A stretch of DNA of 64,000 bases from an uncultured Alphaproteobacteria bacterium (lineage in GTDB: Bacteria; Pseudomonadota; Alphaproteobacteria; RF32; CAG-239): the NCBI GenBank assembly GCA_944392255.1, contig CALXVY010000006.1, positions 6,557 to 70,556 of the forward strand. The letters are read 5' to 3'. Under the pieces are notes generated by a model. The model was not told the DNA's origin. It saw nothing but the letters and a program-made list of their open reading frames with translations, and did not search any database. Below, piece after piece: positions 1 to 8,397 of this stretch. The position numbers and the translations under genes were made by a program. Every line of letters starts with the position of its first letter. Position 1 is the stretch's first letter.

Positions 1-89
1 TCGTTGTTCGGATAGTTGTTCAGCCTGACGGAAACGTCTACGGTACGTAGGGGCTTGCATAGGCTGGGTACTGAAGAATAATTTAAATT

Positions 90-166
90 CGGGACGTAGT
101 TCAGCCTGGTAGAGCGCTTGCATGGGGTGCAAGATGTCGGAGGTTCGAATCCTCTCGTCCCGACCA
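90..166 (+). tRNA. tRNA-Pro (anticodon GGG), 77 nt, CCA encoded
   Basis: Hand-folded cloverleaf. Acceptor CGGGACG/CGTCCCG; D arm GTTC-AGCCTGGTA-GAGC; anticodon arm CTTGC-ATGGGGT-GCAAG with GGG at positions 34-36. T arm GGAGG-TTCGAAT-CCTCT, discriminator A, then CCA. Confidence 0.9.
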
Positions 167-244
167 GATAGAAAAAGACCTGCTGTTAAGTAGGTCTTTT
201 TTTGTATCTGCTTGGCGGACGTAGGATTTGAAACTCCGAAAAGG
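148..244 (+). repeat. Repeat unit A: tRNA-Pro 3' end + terminator + GTATCTGCTTGGCGG..GGATTTGAAACTCCGAAAA
   Basis: Positions 150-170 are identical to 518-538. Positions 204-218 are identical to 570-584, and 226-242 to 592-608. The hairpin between the conserved flanks has a different sequence in the two units but the same shape. Confidence 0.8.
172..203 (+). terminator. Intrinsic terminator after tRNA-Pro
   Basis: Stem AGACCT(176-181)/AGGTCT(192-197), flanked by an A-run and a 7-T run. Confidence 0.7.
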
Positions 245-336
245 AGGTTCGACTACCAGCAATAGGCGAGACGCGGGTATCGCCGGTTTTGCCTTAGGCA
301 AAAATTGCGCCTGTGCGGCGGAGTGAATACGACGTC

Positions 337-355
337 AATCCTCTCGTCCCGACCA
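337..355 (+). repeat. Repeat copy B: isolated 19-nt copy of the tRNA-Pro 3' end (AATCCTCTCGTCCCGACCA)
   Basis: Identical to 148-166. Followed by its own terminator-like hairpin AGCCGCT-TTTC-AGCGGCT plus a T-run (365-387). Confidence 0.8.
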
Positions 356-517
356 AATAAATTCAGCCGCTTTTCAGCGGCTTTTTTATTTGGAGAGGAT
401 TAGTCCTCTTTGGCATCTAATTTCGCTGTGGGTAAATATTTTACCCTTGCTCAATAAGATGTTCCAAAGAACTTGCAGATAAAAAACGCCGGAGCATCGG
501 CGTTTTTTACTTAGCGT

Positions 518-610
518 TCCTCTCGTCCCGACCAGATACAAAAAAAACTGCCTTAGCGCAGTTTTTTTTGTATCTGCTTGGCGGGCACTGGATTTGAAAC
601 TCCGAAAAAC
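518..610 (+). repeat. Repeat unit C: second copy of the tRNA-Pro 3' end + terminator + GTATCTG.. module
   Basis: See unit A. TCCTCTCGTCCCGACCAGATA, then hairpin CTGCCTTAGCGCAG with A/T runs, then the conserved right arm. Confidence 0.8.
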
Positions 611-618
611 AAGCACTC

Positions 619-654
619 AAAAAAAAGAGACACTTTTACTATGGTGTCTCTTTT
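619..654 (-). terminator. Intrinsic terminator of the 670..939 gene (hairpin also readable on the + strand)
   Basis: Stem GAGACAC(627-633)/GTGTCTC(644-650). An 8-nt T-run follows when read on the minus strand. Confidence 0.65.
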
Positions 655-669
655 AATTTGTCTATTGGA

Positions 670-939
670 TTATTGTATCAATAAAACAATAAATTGTTTA
701 TCCAATGGAACAGTAGGTTCATACACATATCCCTTACGTCCATCTCGCAATATTCTCCACATTCCGGCTATTGCTGTACTGATTTCCAAAACAACTTGTC
801 CATTAAGTTTCCATTGTGCAACAATAGTTTGTTTGCCGTTGATAGTTGAACTTGACTTTGAAAAGCCAAAATGTTTACCTCTTGCATCTACTGTGAAAGT
901 CTTGCTTTCTTTTAATTCTTCTAAAATTATTCTTTGCAT
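670..939 (-). CDS. Hypothetical small protein (89 aa)
   Basis: An open frame of 89 codons in stop-rich AT-rich DNA, with non-repetitive composition and its own terminator. No clear SD and no family recognised. Confidence 0.45.
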   Translation of the reverse strand: MQRIILEELKESKTFTVDARGKHFGFSKSSSTINGKQTIVAQWKLNGQVVLEISTAIAGMWRILRDGRKGYVYEPTVPLDKQFIVLLIQ

Positions 940-1079
940 AAATAAAAAAATAAAAGGTTAATATAATAATTACTGTTGTGTTTGAATATTATCATTATCT
1001 TATCTTTTTTCAAGTTATTAAATAAATATTAAGCTTGGATTATTAGTCTATTTTTTGACACTAAGAATATGAGGAAATT

Positions 1080-1718
1080 ATGCAATATTTTTACCAAAAT
1101 AAAAATTCTTCCGATTTAATTGTCTTCTTTGCCGGTTGGGGTTGTGATTATAATCAATTTGTTAATTTACATGACAAAATTGATGTTCTGATTTTATATG
1201 ACTATCAAAATTTGGAATTAGATTTTGATTTTAGAAAGTATCATAATATTTATATTATTGCTTATTCTGCAGGTATTTTTGTTTCTTGCCTTGCGTCTGA
1301 CAAAATTCCTAATGTTAGAAAAAAAATTGCATTATGTGGTAATCCCTATTTATTTGATAATATTTTAGGAATAAACGCACAAAAGTTAGAAATCTTAAAA
1401 AATATAAATCTGGATAACTACTTAGAATTCAGAAGAAACTATATGGTTTATTCTGATGAAGAATATAAGAAATATAACGAACTGCAATCTTTACGCTCTA
1501 TTGAAAGTTGCGCCAACGAACTTACTTATTTGCAAAAACTTTATAATGAATATAAAGACAAAATTGAGCCAAAGTTTGATAAAGCCTATGCTGCCGAGAA
1601 CGATCTTTTATTTAACGTAGACGCTCAAAAAGATTTTTATAAAGATAAATTAAATATCATAAAAGATGCAAGGCATCATATTTTCTTTAGATTTAATAGT
1701 TTTGAAGAAATGTTATGA
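1080..1718 (+). CDS. bioG: BioG-type pimeloyl-ACP methyl ester esterase (DUF452)
   Basis: N-terminal LIVFFAGWG motif, Ser-nucleophile context IIAYSAGIF and a C-terminal ARHH. Length (212 aa) and overall pattern match remembered Haemophilus-type BioG. SD GAGGAAA lies upstream. Confidence 0.7.
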   Translation: MQYFYQNKNSSDLIVFFAGWGCDYNQFVNLHDKIDVLILYDYQNLELDFDFRKYHNIYIIAYSAGIFVSCLASDKIPNVRKKIALCGNPYLFDNILGINAQKLEILKNINLDNYLEFRRNYMVYSDEEYKKYNELQSLRSIESCANELTYLQKLYNEYKDKIEPKFDKAYAAENDLLFNVDAQKDFYKDKLNIIKDARHHIFFRFNSFEEML

Positions 1719-1739
1719 GTACGTATTAGGATAAAAAAC

Positions 1740-2378
1740 ATGCTAAAATTTGTTGCTGTAACTCAAGATAATTTAAAACTTGCACAAGAAATACAAAAAA
1801 AAGTTTTTCCAAAAGAATATCAAAATGATACTTTGGAAAATTCTTTAGCATCTACTCCGGAATATCTTTCTCAATTTTGGCTCGTTAAAAAAGGAAAGAA
1901 ATTTATTGGTCTGACCGGTATCTATTTTTATCCTCAATATCCTAAAGATGCTTGGCTCAACTGGTTTGGCGTTATCCCCGAATTTCGCCGCAAAGGATAT
2001 GGACGCAAGATTTTTAATCGAACCTATGCTTATGCTCGCCGTTTGGGGTTTTCTTTTTTTAGGCTCTATACCGATGCAAAAAATAATGATTCAACTTTAG
2101 CTTTTTATCGTTCTCTTAACATGAAGGAAGAAAAATATCTTCCCAATCAAGATGATTTTACCGATATTTTGATTTTTTCAAAATCTTGTCATCCCTTCAA
2201 AAAAAGAGTAAAAGCTTGGAACAATAAATATCTTTATATTCAAGAACAGCTGCTCTTATCTCAAAACGATATGCTTTCTTATGTGAAGAAAAAAGCATCT
2301 TTATCATTATTGATTTTCTTAAAACATCCCTCTATTTTGTGGCGCTTCTTCCGTATGAGTTTAAAACGATTTAAATAA
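1740..2378 (+). CDS. GNAT family N-acetyltransferase with a basic C-terminal tail
   Basis: Acetyl-CoA binding motif FGVIPEFRRKGYGRKIF (Q/RxxGxG/A type). Confidence 0.7.
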   Translation: MLKFVAVTQDNLKLAQEIQKKVFPKEYQNDTLENSLASTPEYLSQFWLVKKGKKFIGLTGIYFYPQYPKDAWLNWFGVIPEFRRKGYGRKIFNRTYAYARRLGFSFFRLYTDAKNNDSTLAFYRSLNMKEEKYLPNQDDFTDILIFSKSCHPFKKRVKAWNNKYLYIQEQLLLSQNDMLSYVKKKASLSLLIFLKHPSILWRFFRMSLKRFK

Positions 2379-2462
2379 ATTCAGCAATTTCATAAAATAT
2401 GGATATGCGTTCTCCGATTTTGAGAGATTATAAGCAATATAAGCCAGATTAAAATTCTTTTT

Positions 2463-2960
2463 TTATCGTTCCTCTTTGATAAACTCTGCCGGAATGATGC
2501 CTTCTTTCAAGACAATCATATAATGTTTTATCACACCGAATATCAGCCCTTTGGAAGCATCGCATTTGTGCCAAGGCAAAGGCGACATATCAATCTCATC
2601 TTTTGAAACTTGATAAAAATGCTCATTGATGCCGCTTGCTTCCGAGCCGTCTTTGCACCAGATACTTTCAACCAAACCGGCATTGATTAAATCTTCCAAG
2701 TCAAACGAATATAAAATGCATCTATCAACAAGCGCTTTTAACACTTTATCATTTCCCTGCCATCCAATAGGCTCAGTCAAGCAAGAGATAGCACGGCTTC
2801 TCCCTACAAAAGTTTTTTCCAACCAATTGATAATATCTTCTTTTTTATCTGAACCCACGCGTTTGATATAAGAATGCAAATTGCTATCAATTTTGGAAAT
2901 GGACTTTATTCCCTCTTGCAAAACTGTATTTTCTTTCGGGGCATAGTGATATAAACGCAT
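2463..2960 (-). CDS. Hypothetical cytosolic protein (166 aa), last gene of the ABC exporter operon
   Basis: I prefer the ATG at 2960 (MRLYHY..), preceded by GGAGAG and lying 14 nt after the upstream ABC stop. No family recognised. Confidence 0.6.
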   Translation of the reverse strand: MRLYHYAPKENTVLQEGIKSISKIDSNLHSYIKRVGSDKKEDIINWLEKTFVGRSRAISCLTEPIGWQGNDKVLKALVDRCILYSFDLEDLINAGLVESIWCKDGSEASGINEHFYQVSKDEIDMSPLPWHKCDASKGLIFGVIKHYMIVLKEGIIPAEFIKEER

Positions 2961-2974
2961 TTTTATCTCTCCTT

Positions 2975-4720
2975 TTAAGCTTGCAGGTTCCAAAGTTTGG
3001 CAAATTTGCCTTGCTTATCCAATAGCTCTTTCGGGGTGCCGACCTCGATGATTTTGCCTTCTTCCATCACCACGATTTTATCCATATTCTTCAATGTCGA
3101 CAATCGGTGTGCCACTGCTATCACGGTTTTGTCTTTTATCAGTTTTTGCAAAGAAGATTGAATGTATTTTTCTGACTTGCTATCCAATGCCGAAGTGGCT
3201 TCATCCAGCAGCAAAATCTTACTATTCTTCAAAATAGCTCTGGCTATCCCTACCCTTTGTCTTTGTCCGCCGGAAAGTTTAACTCCTTTATCACCGACCA
3301 AGGTTTTATACCCTTGCGGCAAATCTTTGACAAACTCGGTAATAAAAGATTTTTTAGCGGCATCTTCAATTTCTTTTTGCGTGGCTTTGAAAGTACCATA
3401 ACTCATATTCTCTGCCAAACTTCTGTGAAACAAAGTGGTATCTTGCGGAATAAATGACACCGCGTTATGCAAGCTTTCTTGTGTGACCAAAGCCACATCT
3501 TGCCCATCAATATAAACTGAGCCTTGCGGTGTGTTTACCAAGCGTTGCAACACGTGGAGCAATGTGGTTTTGCCGCTGCCCGACATTCCGACAATGCCGA
3601 TTTTTTCGCCGGCTTTTATTTTCAAGCTAAAATTATCAATCGCCTGATTTTTATTGTTATAAGCAAAGGTCAAATTCTTAAACTCTATCTCTCCAGCTTT
3701 GACTTTAAGCTTCTTAGCGTTTGGCGCATCTGCAAACTCCGGTTCTGCATTCAAGAGTTTTATATTGCTCTGCAACTTAAACAACTCGGTGCGATAGTAC
3801 ATCCAATGTGTGGAAATGCTACTCAAAATAGAGCTCATGGTTCTTCCTGCCGTCAGTAAATAAACCACATTACCAACATTGATGATACCTTTTGCCCACA
3901 GGACAACGGCATAAATAATCATGGCGGCATCAAAAAGCACAACAACAATATCAACAAGCATATAATTTTTATTTCTGAGCCAAGCATTTTTGCGCATGGT
4001 TTTGGCAACAAGCGCATAATCTTTGCTGAGTTTTTTCAATTCTCTACTCAAGCTTCCGAAAATCTTTAAGACCAAATAATTGCTTATCATATTGGTGGTT
4101 TTACCAAAAACTTTGTTCTTCATATTTTCTTGTTGTTTGGAAGCTTGTTTTGTATTTGCAGAAAGTTTATGAAAAAAGATAAACAGCAAAATCGATGCTA
4201 TCACATAAACAATCGCCATCGGCAGATAAATTTTACCAATAAAGCACAAGCTTATAATTAACGACCAGAAAGAAGAACCGGCAAAGACTAAAGTATCACC
4301 AATAGAACTCCATGCCGCGGTGGTGCGTCTGGAACTATCTATCTTGCCATAAACATTGCCAGCGGAATTTTTGCTCCAGAAATTTTTATGCAAGCCCAAA
4401 ACACCCACAAACAAATCTTTTCTGACCTTGATGCCTAAAGGTGAAATAAGTTTGTGTTGCATAATATACATAGTCAGCATCATCAAAATATTGCCGCCAA
4501 CTAACACTATACCTAAAAAAACAAAAGTATTAATTAAATTTTGCCATGCTAAGTCACTGATATCTCCGGTGTTAAGTATATTGACAATATCACTCACATA
4601 CCATGGGGCAAGCTGTCCGCAAAGCGCCACGATTGGCACAAGAATAAAAATTGCCATAAAACGATATTTTACCGGCAGATAATATTTTTTCAAAAAGCTC
4701 CAAAGTGAATTATTGTTCAT
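2975..4720 (-). CDS. ABC exporter, fused permease/ATPase (type 1 exporter half-transporter)
   Basis: N-terminal 6-TM region. Walker A GMSGSGKTT, signature LSGGQRQR, Walker B ILLLDEATSALD. Confidence 0.9.
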   Translation of the reverse strand: MNNNSLWSFLKKYYLPVKYRFMAIFILVPIVALCGQLAPWYVSDIVNILNTGDISDLAWQNLINTFVFLGIVLVGGNILMMLTMYIMQHKLISPLGIKVRKDLFVGVLGLHKNFWSKNSAGNVYGKIDSSRRTTAAWSSIGDTLVFAGSSFWSLIISLCFIGKIYLPMAIVYVIASILLFIFFHKLSANTKQASKQQENMKNKVFGKTTNMISNYLVLKIFGSLSRELKKLSKDYALVAKTMRKNAWLRNKNYMLVDIVVVLFDAAMIIYAVVLWAKGIINVGNVVYLLTAGRTMSSILSSISTHWMYYRTELFKLQSNIKLLNAEPEFADAPNAKKLKVKAGEIEFKNLTFAYNNKNQAIDNFSLKIKAGEKIGIVGMSGSGKTTLLHVLQRLVNTPQGSVYIDGQDVALVTQESLHNAVSFIPQDTTLFHRSLAENMSYGTFKATQKEIEDAAKKSFITEFVKDLPQGYKTLVGDKGVKLSGGQRQRVGIARAILKNSKILLLDEATSALDSKSEKYIQSSLQKLIKDKTVIAVAHRLSTLKNMDKIVVMEEGKIIEVGTPKELLDKQGKFAKLWNLQA

Positions 4721-6470
4721 TTTTTTCTCCTTTGAGTTTTTGCAAGTTCCAATATTGCCAGAATTTGCCTTTCTTTTTTAATAGCTCATCTAGCTTGCCG
4801 TCCTCAACAATCTTGCCCTTTTCCATGACAATTATTCTATCCATGTTCTTCAAAGTTGACAGGCGGTGGGCCACGGCAATCACGGTCTTGTCTTTGAGCA
4901 TGTTTTCAATGGCTTTTTGAATATAGAATTCCGACTCACTATCCAATGCTGAAGTGGCTTCATCCAAAATCAAAATCGGAGCATCTTTCAACAAAGCCCT
5001 GGCAATCGACAAGCGTTGCATTTGTCCGCCGGAAAGCTGATTTTGTGCATTCAATATAGTTTGATATTCGTTTGGCAATTCTTCTATAAATTTATCGGCA
5101 AAAGCCTCCTTTGCTGCTTGTTTAATCTCTTCTTGTTTGGCATTAGGCTTACCGTAAGAAATATTTTCAGCAATAGAGCGCTCCAGCAAAGCAGAAGTTT
5201 GTGGAACATAGCCGATTTGTTTGTGCAAACTTTCTTGAGTAACGTTTTTAATATTTTGTCCGCCAATTAAAATTTCTCCACTTTGCACATCATAAAAACG
5301 TTGTAACAAATTGATTAAGGTGGATTTTCCGCCTCCGGACATACCTACCACGCCAACCTTTTGTCCGGCAGGAATTTGCAAGTTGAAATGATTGAACAGC
5401 GGCTTATTTCCTTTATAAGCAAAGCAGACATCTTTTAGCTCGATTGTTCCATTTTTGACTTTCAACGCAACAGCATTTTTATCATCAACAATTTCATGTG
5501 GCGTACTGAAGGGAATGAGATTTGTTCTCATTTCGGCAAAAGATGAACTATAAACAATCGTGCGATGAATGAGCCATGAAACGACAGAGGAAACATCTTG
5601 CAACAAAAAGAAAATCAAAACTACATCTGCCGTATCTATATTTTTATCTTTCCATAATACAAGTGCATAAAGGACAAATGAAAGGTAAACAAGATGAAAA
5701 TAGAGCTTTTCTCCTTCTGATTGAAGCATTTCAACATCTACAGATTTATTGGTTTTATCGGTTTCTTCTTTTAAAACTTTATCTACACGTTTTTCTTCAT
5801 ATTTATATCCATTAAAAAGGCGTACAAAAAAATTGTTTTGCAAGGCATCTATCATCTGTCCTGAGACTTTGCTTTTGGCTTCGGTCATCTCGGCTCGCAA
5901 ATTCATTGACAATGTGCCGATTTTGAGCAACACCACAACCGATACTAGCACGCAAGCCACAAAATAAAGCGAAAATGATACATTTACAAAGGCAAGCATT
6001 ATAAAAACAACAATCATGCGTAAAACGTCTGAAATATAATATAGCGAAGATTGATAAAAACTGGCGGCATCTGACAAGGCATTGCTTTTTTGGGCTAAAG
6101 AGCCAGCCATATTATCAGAAAAATAACTCAAAGAATGACCGTTGATATATTGAAAACAATCTGCACTCATTTGTTCAAAAATACGTGGGCGTAAAATTAA
6201 TTCTGTAAGCAAATTAAACAAAATAAACATCATTTTAGCAAGCAAAGTTGAGCCGACCACAGCAGCCAACAGCCACCATACAGAATCGGCAATATCGGCA
6301 AACTTTACATTTTCGCCAAACAAGCCCACCATTTTAGAAAAGAACCATGGAGAAAGCTTGCCGAAAACAACCATTAGCACACAACAAGCACAGATGGAAA
6401 AGAATATGGTCTTATTGCGCAAGGCATAGCGCCATAAAAAAACAAACGGATTACTTGGGAAAGGCTGCAT
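4710..6470 (-). CDS. ABC exporter, fused permease/ATPase (partner half-transporter)
   Basis: Walker A GMSGGGKST, signature LSGGQMQR, Walker B ILILDEATSALD. Overlaps the downstream partner by 11 nt. Confidence 0.9.
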   Translation of the reverse strand: MQPFPSNPFVFLWRYALRNKTIFFSICACCVLMVVFGKLSPWFFSKMVGLFGENVKFADIADSVWWLLAAVVGSTLLAKMMFILFNLLTELILRPRIFEQMSADCFQYINGHSLSYFSDNMAGSLAQKSNALSDAASFYQSSLYYISDVLRMIVVFIMLAFVNVSFSLYFVACVLVSVVVLLKIGTLSMNLRAEMTEAKSKVSGQMIDALQNNFFVRLFNGYKYEEKRVDKVLKEETDKTNKSVDVEMLQSEGEKLYFHLVYLSFVLYALVLWKDKNIDTADVVLIFFLLQDVSSVVSWLIHRTIVYSSSFAEMRTNLIPFSTPHEIVDDKNAVALKVKNGTIELKDVCFAYKGNKPLFNHFNLQIPAGQKVGVVGMSGGGKSTLINLLQRFYDVQSGEILIGGQNIKNVTQESLHKQIGYVPQTSALLERSIAENISYGKPNAKQEEIKQAAKEAFADKFIEELPNEYQTILNAQNQLSGGQMQRLSIARALLKDAPILILDEATSALDSESEFYIQKAIENMLKDKTVIAVAHRLSTLKNMDRIIVMEKGKIVEDGKLDELLKKKGKFWQYWNLQKLKGEKNEQ

Positions 6471-6634
6471 CTAATATTCCTTAAAATAAGAAAGGCTAAA
6501 ATATGTTGCTTAATATATCATAAAATTGGAGTTCAAACAATCCTTTTTTGCTGATAAAAATTTATTGCTTGTTGAAACAGCTCTTTTAAGATGTTATTTT
6601 ATTTCTAGATTTAACTTTAATTTTGACTAAAAAA

Positions 6635-7810
6635 ATGGCTGAAAAAAAATCAATTTACCTTTCTAAACCTCAATTGGAAGCTGAACTTAATCGTTGTCTT
6701 AACTGCAAGAATATGCCTTGTATGAAGGCTTGTCCCGTGCACTGTAATCCACAAGCTTTTATTGCTGCAGCAAAAGAAGGTAACGGAGAACTCTCGGCTA
6801 AGCTTATTTCCGATGAAAATCCGTTCGGACAAACTTGCGGTCTTATTTGCCCCGATAAGTTTTGTATGAAAGCCTGCACTCGTCGTTTGATAGACTTTCC
6901 TATCAATATTACCAAAGTGCAAGCAACTCTCATGGAAAAATTCCGCAATTTCAAATATGATTATTCCAATGTTGTTCCTAATGGCAAAAAAATTGCCATC
7001 ATCGGCGCCGGACCGGCCGGTATTGCCGCTGCTTATTTTTTGGCTCGCAACGGATTTAAATGCGTTATTTTTGAAAAAAGTTCTCAAATCGGTGGGGCGC
7101 TTAATCTCATTCCACATGAACGCCTACCGCAAGAGGCCATTATCAAAGATTGGGAATTTGTTAACAATTCTGAGCTTATCTCCGTGGTTTTTGAAGCACA
7201 AATTTCTAACCCATCAGATTTGTTCTTACAAGGTTTTGATGAGGTGTTGGTGGCCGGTGGTGAACCAAATTGCGCCAAACTCAATATTGAAGGCGAAGAT
7301 TTGGCGGTTTCTTATCTTGACTATTTGGCAAAGCCGGAAAAATACATCACTAAAGGCAATGTGGCGGTTATCGGTGGCGGCAATGTGGCGGCTGATTGCG
7401 CAATTATAGCCCAAGCGCAAGGTGCTGTTTATGTAGAAATGTTTGTACGGCGCGGCTTATCCGATATGAAAATTACCCCAGCCGAAAGACATGAAATTTT
7501 AGAACGTAAAATTAATGTTTCTGCCGGTACAAGCCCTGACAAAATCATCAAAACCGGTGAAAAATATTCTTTGTTTGTTCACAAAAATCGCTTCAATGGA
7601 GAAAAATGGCTGCCGATTTCTGATACTTCGGTTGAACTTCCTGATTTTGATTTGATTATTCGTGCTATTGGTGCAAAAGCGGATGAAAAACAAGAGGACT
7701 CTCGCCTCATTTATATCGGCGATTGCAAAACCGGCGGCTCAACTTTGGTGGAAGCCATGGCCGATGCCAAGAATACCGCTTTCGAGCTCATCAAAAAATA
7801 TCAAGCATGA
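6635..7810 (+). CDS. GltD/PreT-like NAD(P)H-dependent FAD oxidoreductase with an N-terminal Fe-S cysteine cluster
   Basis: Cys-rich N-terminus (CLNCKNMPCMKACP, CGLICPDKFCMKAC). Dinucleotide fold IAIIGAGPAGIAAAYFLA and a second GG motif VAVIGGGNVA. The track starts at TTG 6623; ATG 6635 preferred. Confidence 0.75.
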   Translation: MAEKKSIYLSKPQLEAELNRCLNCKNMPCMKACPVHCNPQAFIAAAKEGNGELSAKLISDENPFGQTCGLICPDKFCMKACTRRLIDFPINITKVQATLMEKFRNFKYDYSNVVPNGKKIAIIGAGPAGIAAAYFLARNGFKCVIFEKSSQIGGALNLIPHERLPQEAIIKDWEFVNNSELISVVFEAQISNPSDLFLQGFDEVLVAGGEPNCAKLNIEGEDLAVSYLDYLAKPEKYITKGNVAVIGGGNVAADCAIIAQAQGAVYVEMFVRRGLSDMKITPAERHEILERKINVSAGTSPDKIIKTGEKYSLFVHKNRFNGEKWLPISDTSVELPDFDLIIRAIGAKADEKQEDSRLIYIGDCKTGGSTLVEAMADAKNTAFELIKKYQA

Positions 7811-8350
7811 AACTCCACCGGCTAATGCCGGTGGTATCATTTTAGTTCAAGCCAAGCTTGCCCCATATCTTCGCGCCCTTGGTGTTCAATGTAACGTTGT
7901 ATCACTGCCTCGTTGATACCAACAGTACTGACAAAATACCCATTCGACCAAACACTTTCCGTACCAAAATAACATTTTTTAAGAAACGGATACGTCTTCT
8001 TCAAATCTCGTGCCGTATTAGATTTAATTATACGCACAACACTACCCACACTCATTTTTGGTGGAATGGATACCAGAAGATGTATATGATCTTTGTCATG
8101 GTTTTGTTCAATGAACTCTATTTGTGGGTAGTGTTCATGAATTTCTCCTAGCCGTTTCTTAAAAAATCCATATACGCCAGCATTAAATATCTTCTTACGG
8201 TATTTTGTCACTATCACTATATGATAATGGCAGTGATACACGCAATTACTCTGTTTTCTATATATTACCTGTTCCATATCTCCTTTATAGCGCGAAGATA
8301 TGGGTATGTCTACATCTACCTGCTTACGCAGGTAGTGTTACGTTCGAATC
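7811..8350 (-). mobile_element. Minimal IS200/IS605-family element (tnpA only); boundaries approximate
   Basis: A Y1 transposase gene flanked by end-type hairpins. CTACCTGC-GTAA-GCAGGTAG (minus strand, about 8313-8332) lies upstream of SD AAGGAGA. CCACCGGC-TAAT-GCCGGTGG (7814-7833) has no T-run on either strand. Confidence 0.65.
7837..8277 (-). CDS. tnpA: IS200/IS605 family Y1 (HUH) transposase TnpA
   Basis: YHCHYHIVIVTKYR, HUH motif HIHLL, and catalytic Tyr context WSNGYFVSTVG. 146 aa. Confidence 0.9.
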   Translation of the reverse strand: MEQVIYRKQSNCVYHCHYHIVIVTKYRKKIFNAGVYGFFKKRLGEIHEHYPQIEFIEQNHDKDHIHLLVSIPPKMSVGSVVRIIKSNTARDLKKTYPFLKKCYFGTESVWSNGYFVSTVGINEAVIQRYIEHQGREDMGQAWLELK

Positions 8351-8352
8351 AT

Positions 8353-8383
8353 AAAAAAAACACCTCAAAAGAGGTGTTTTTTT
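8353..8383. terminator. Bidirectional intrinsic terminator (recA side)
   Basis: CACCTC-AAAA-GAGGTG flanked by A8 and T7 runs. Confidence 0.75.
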
Positions 8384-8397
8384 CTCATTGTTATAAA

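Noticed and set aside
101-961. Track ORFs 101..301(-), 386..616(-) and 578..961(+).
   Set aside because: They run through the tRNA-Pro gene, its 3'-end copies and the terminator hairpins. Their translations are the typical tRNA-derived strings (SNLRHLAPHASALPG, LVGTRGT). 578..961(+) is also antisense to the better-supported 670..939(-) ORF.
961-1079. Biotin operator (BioR TTATMKATAA or a BirA site) upstream of bioG.
   Set aside because: The nearest candidate, TTATCATTAT, mismatches the core positions, so no call is made.
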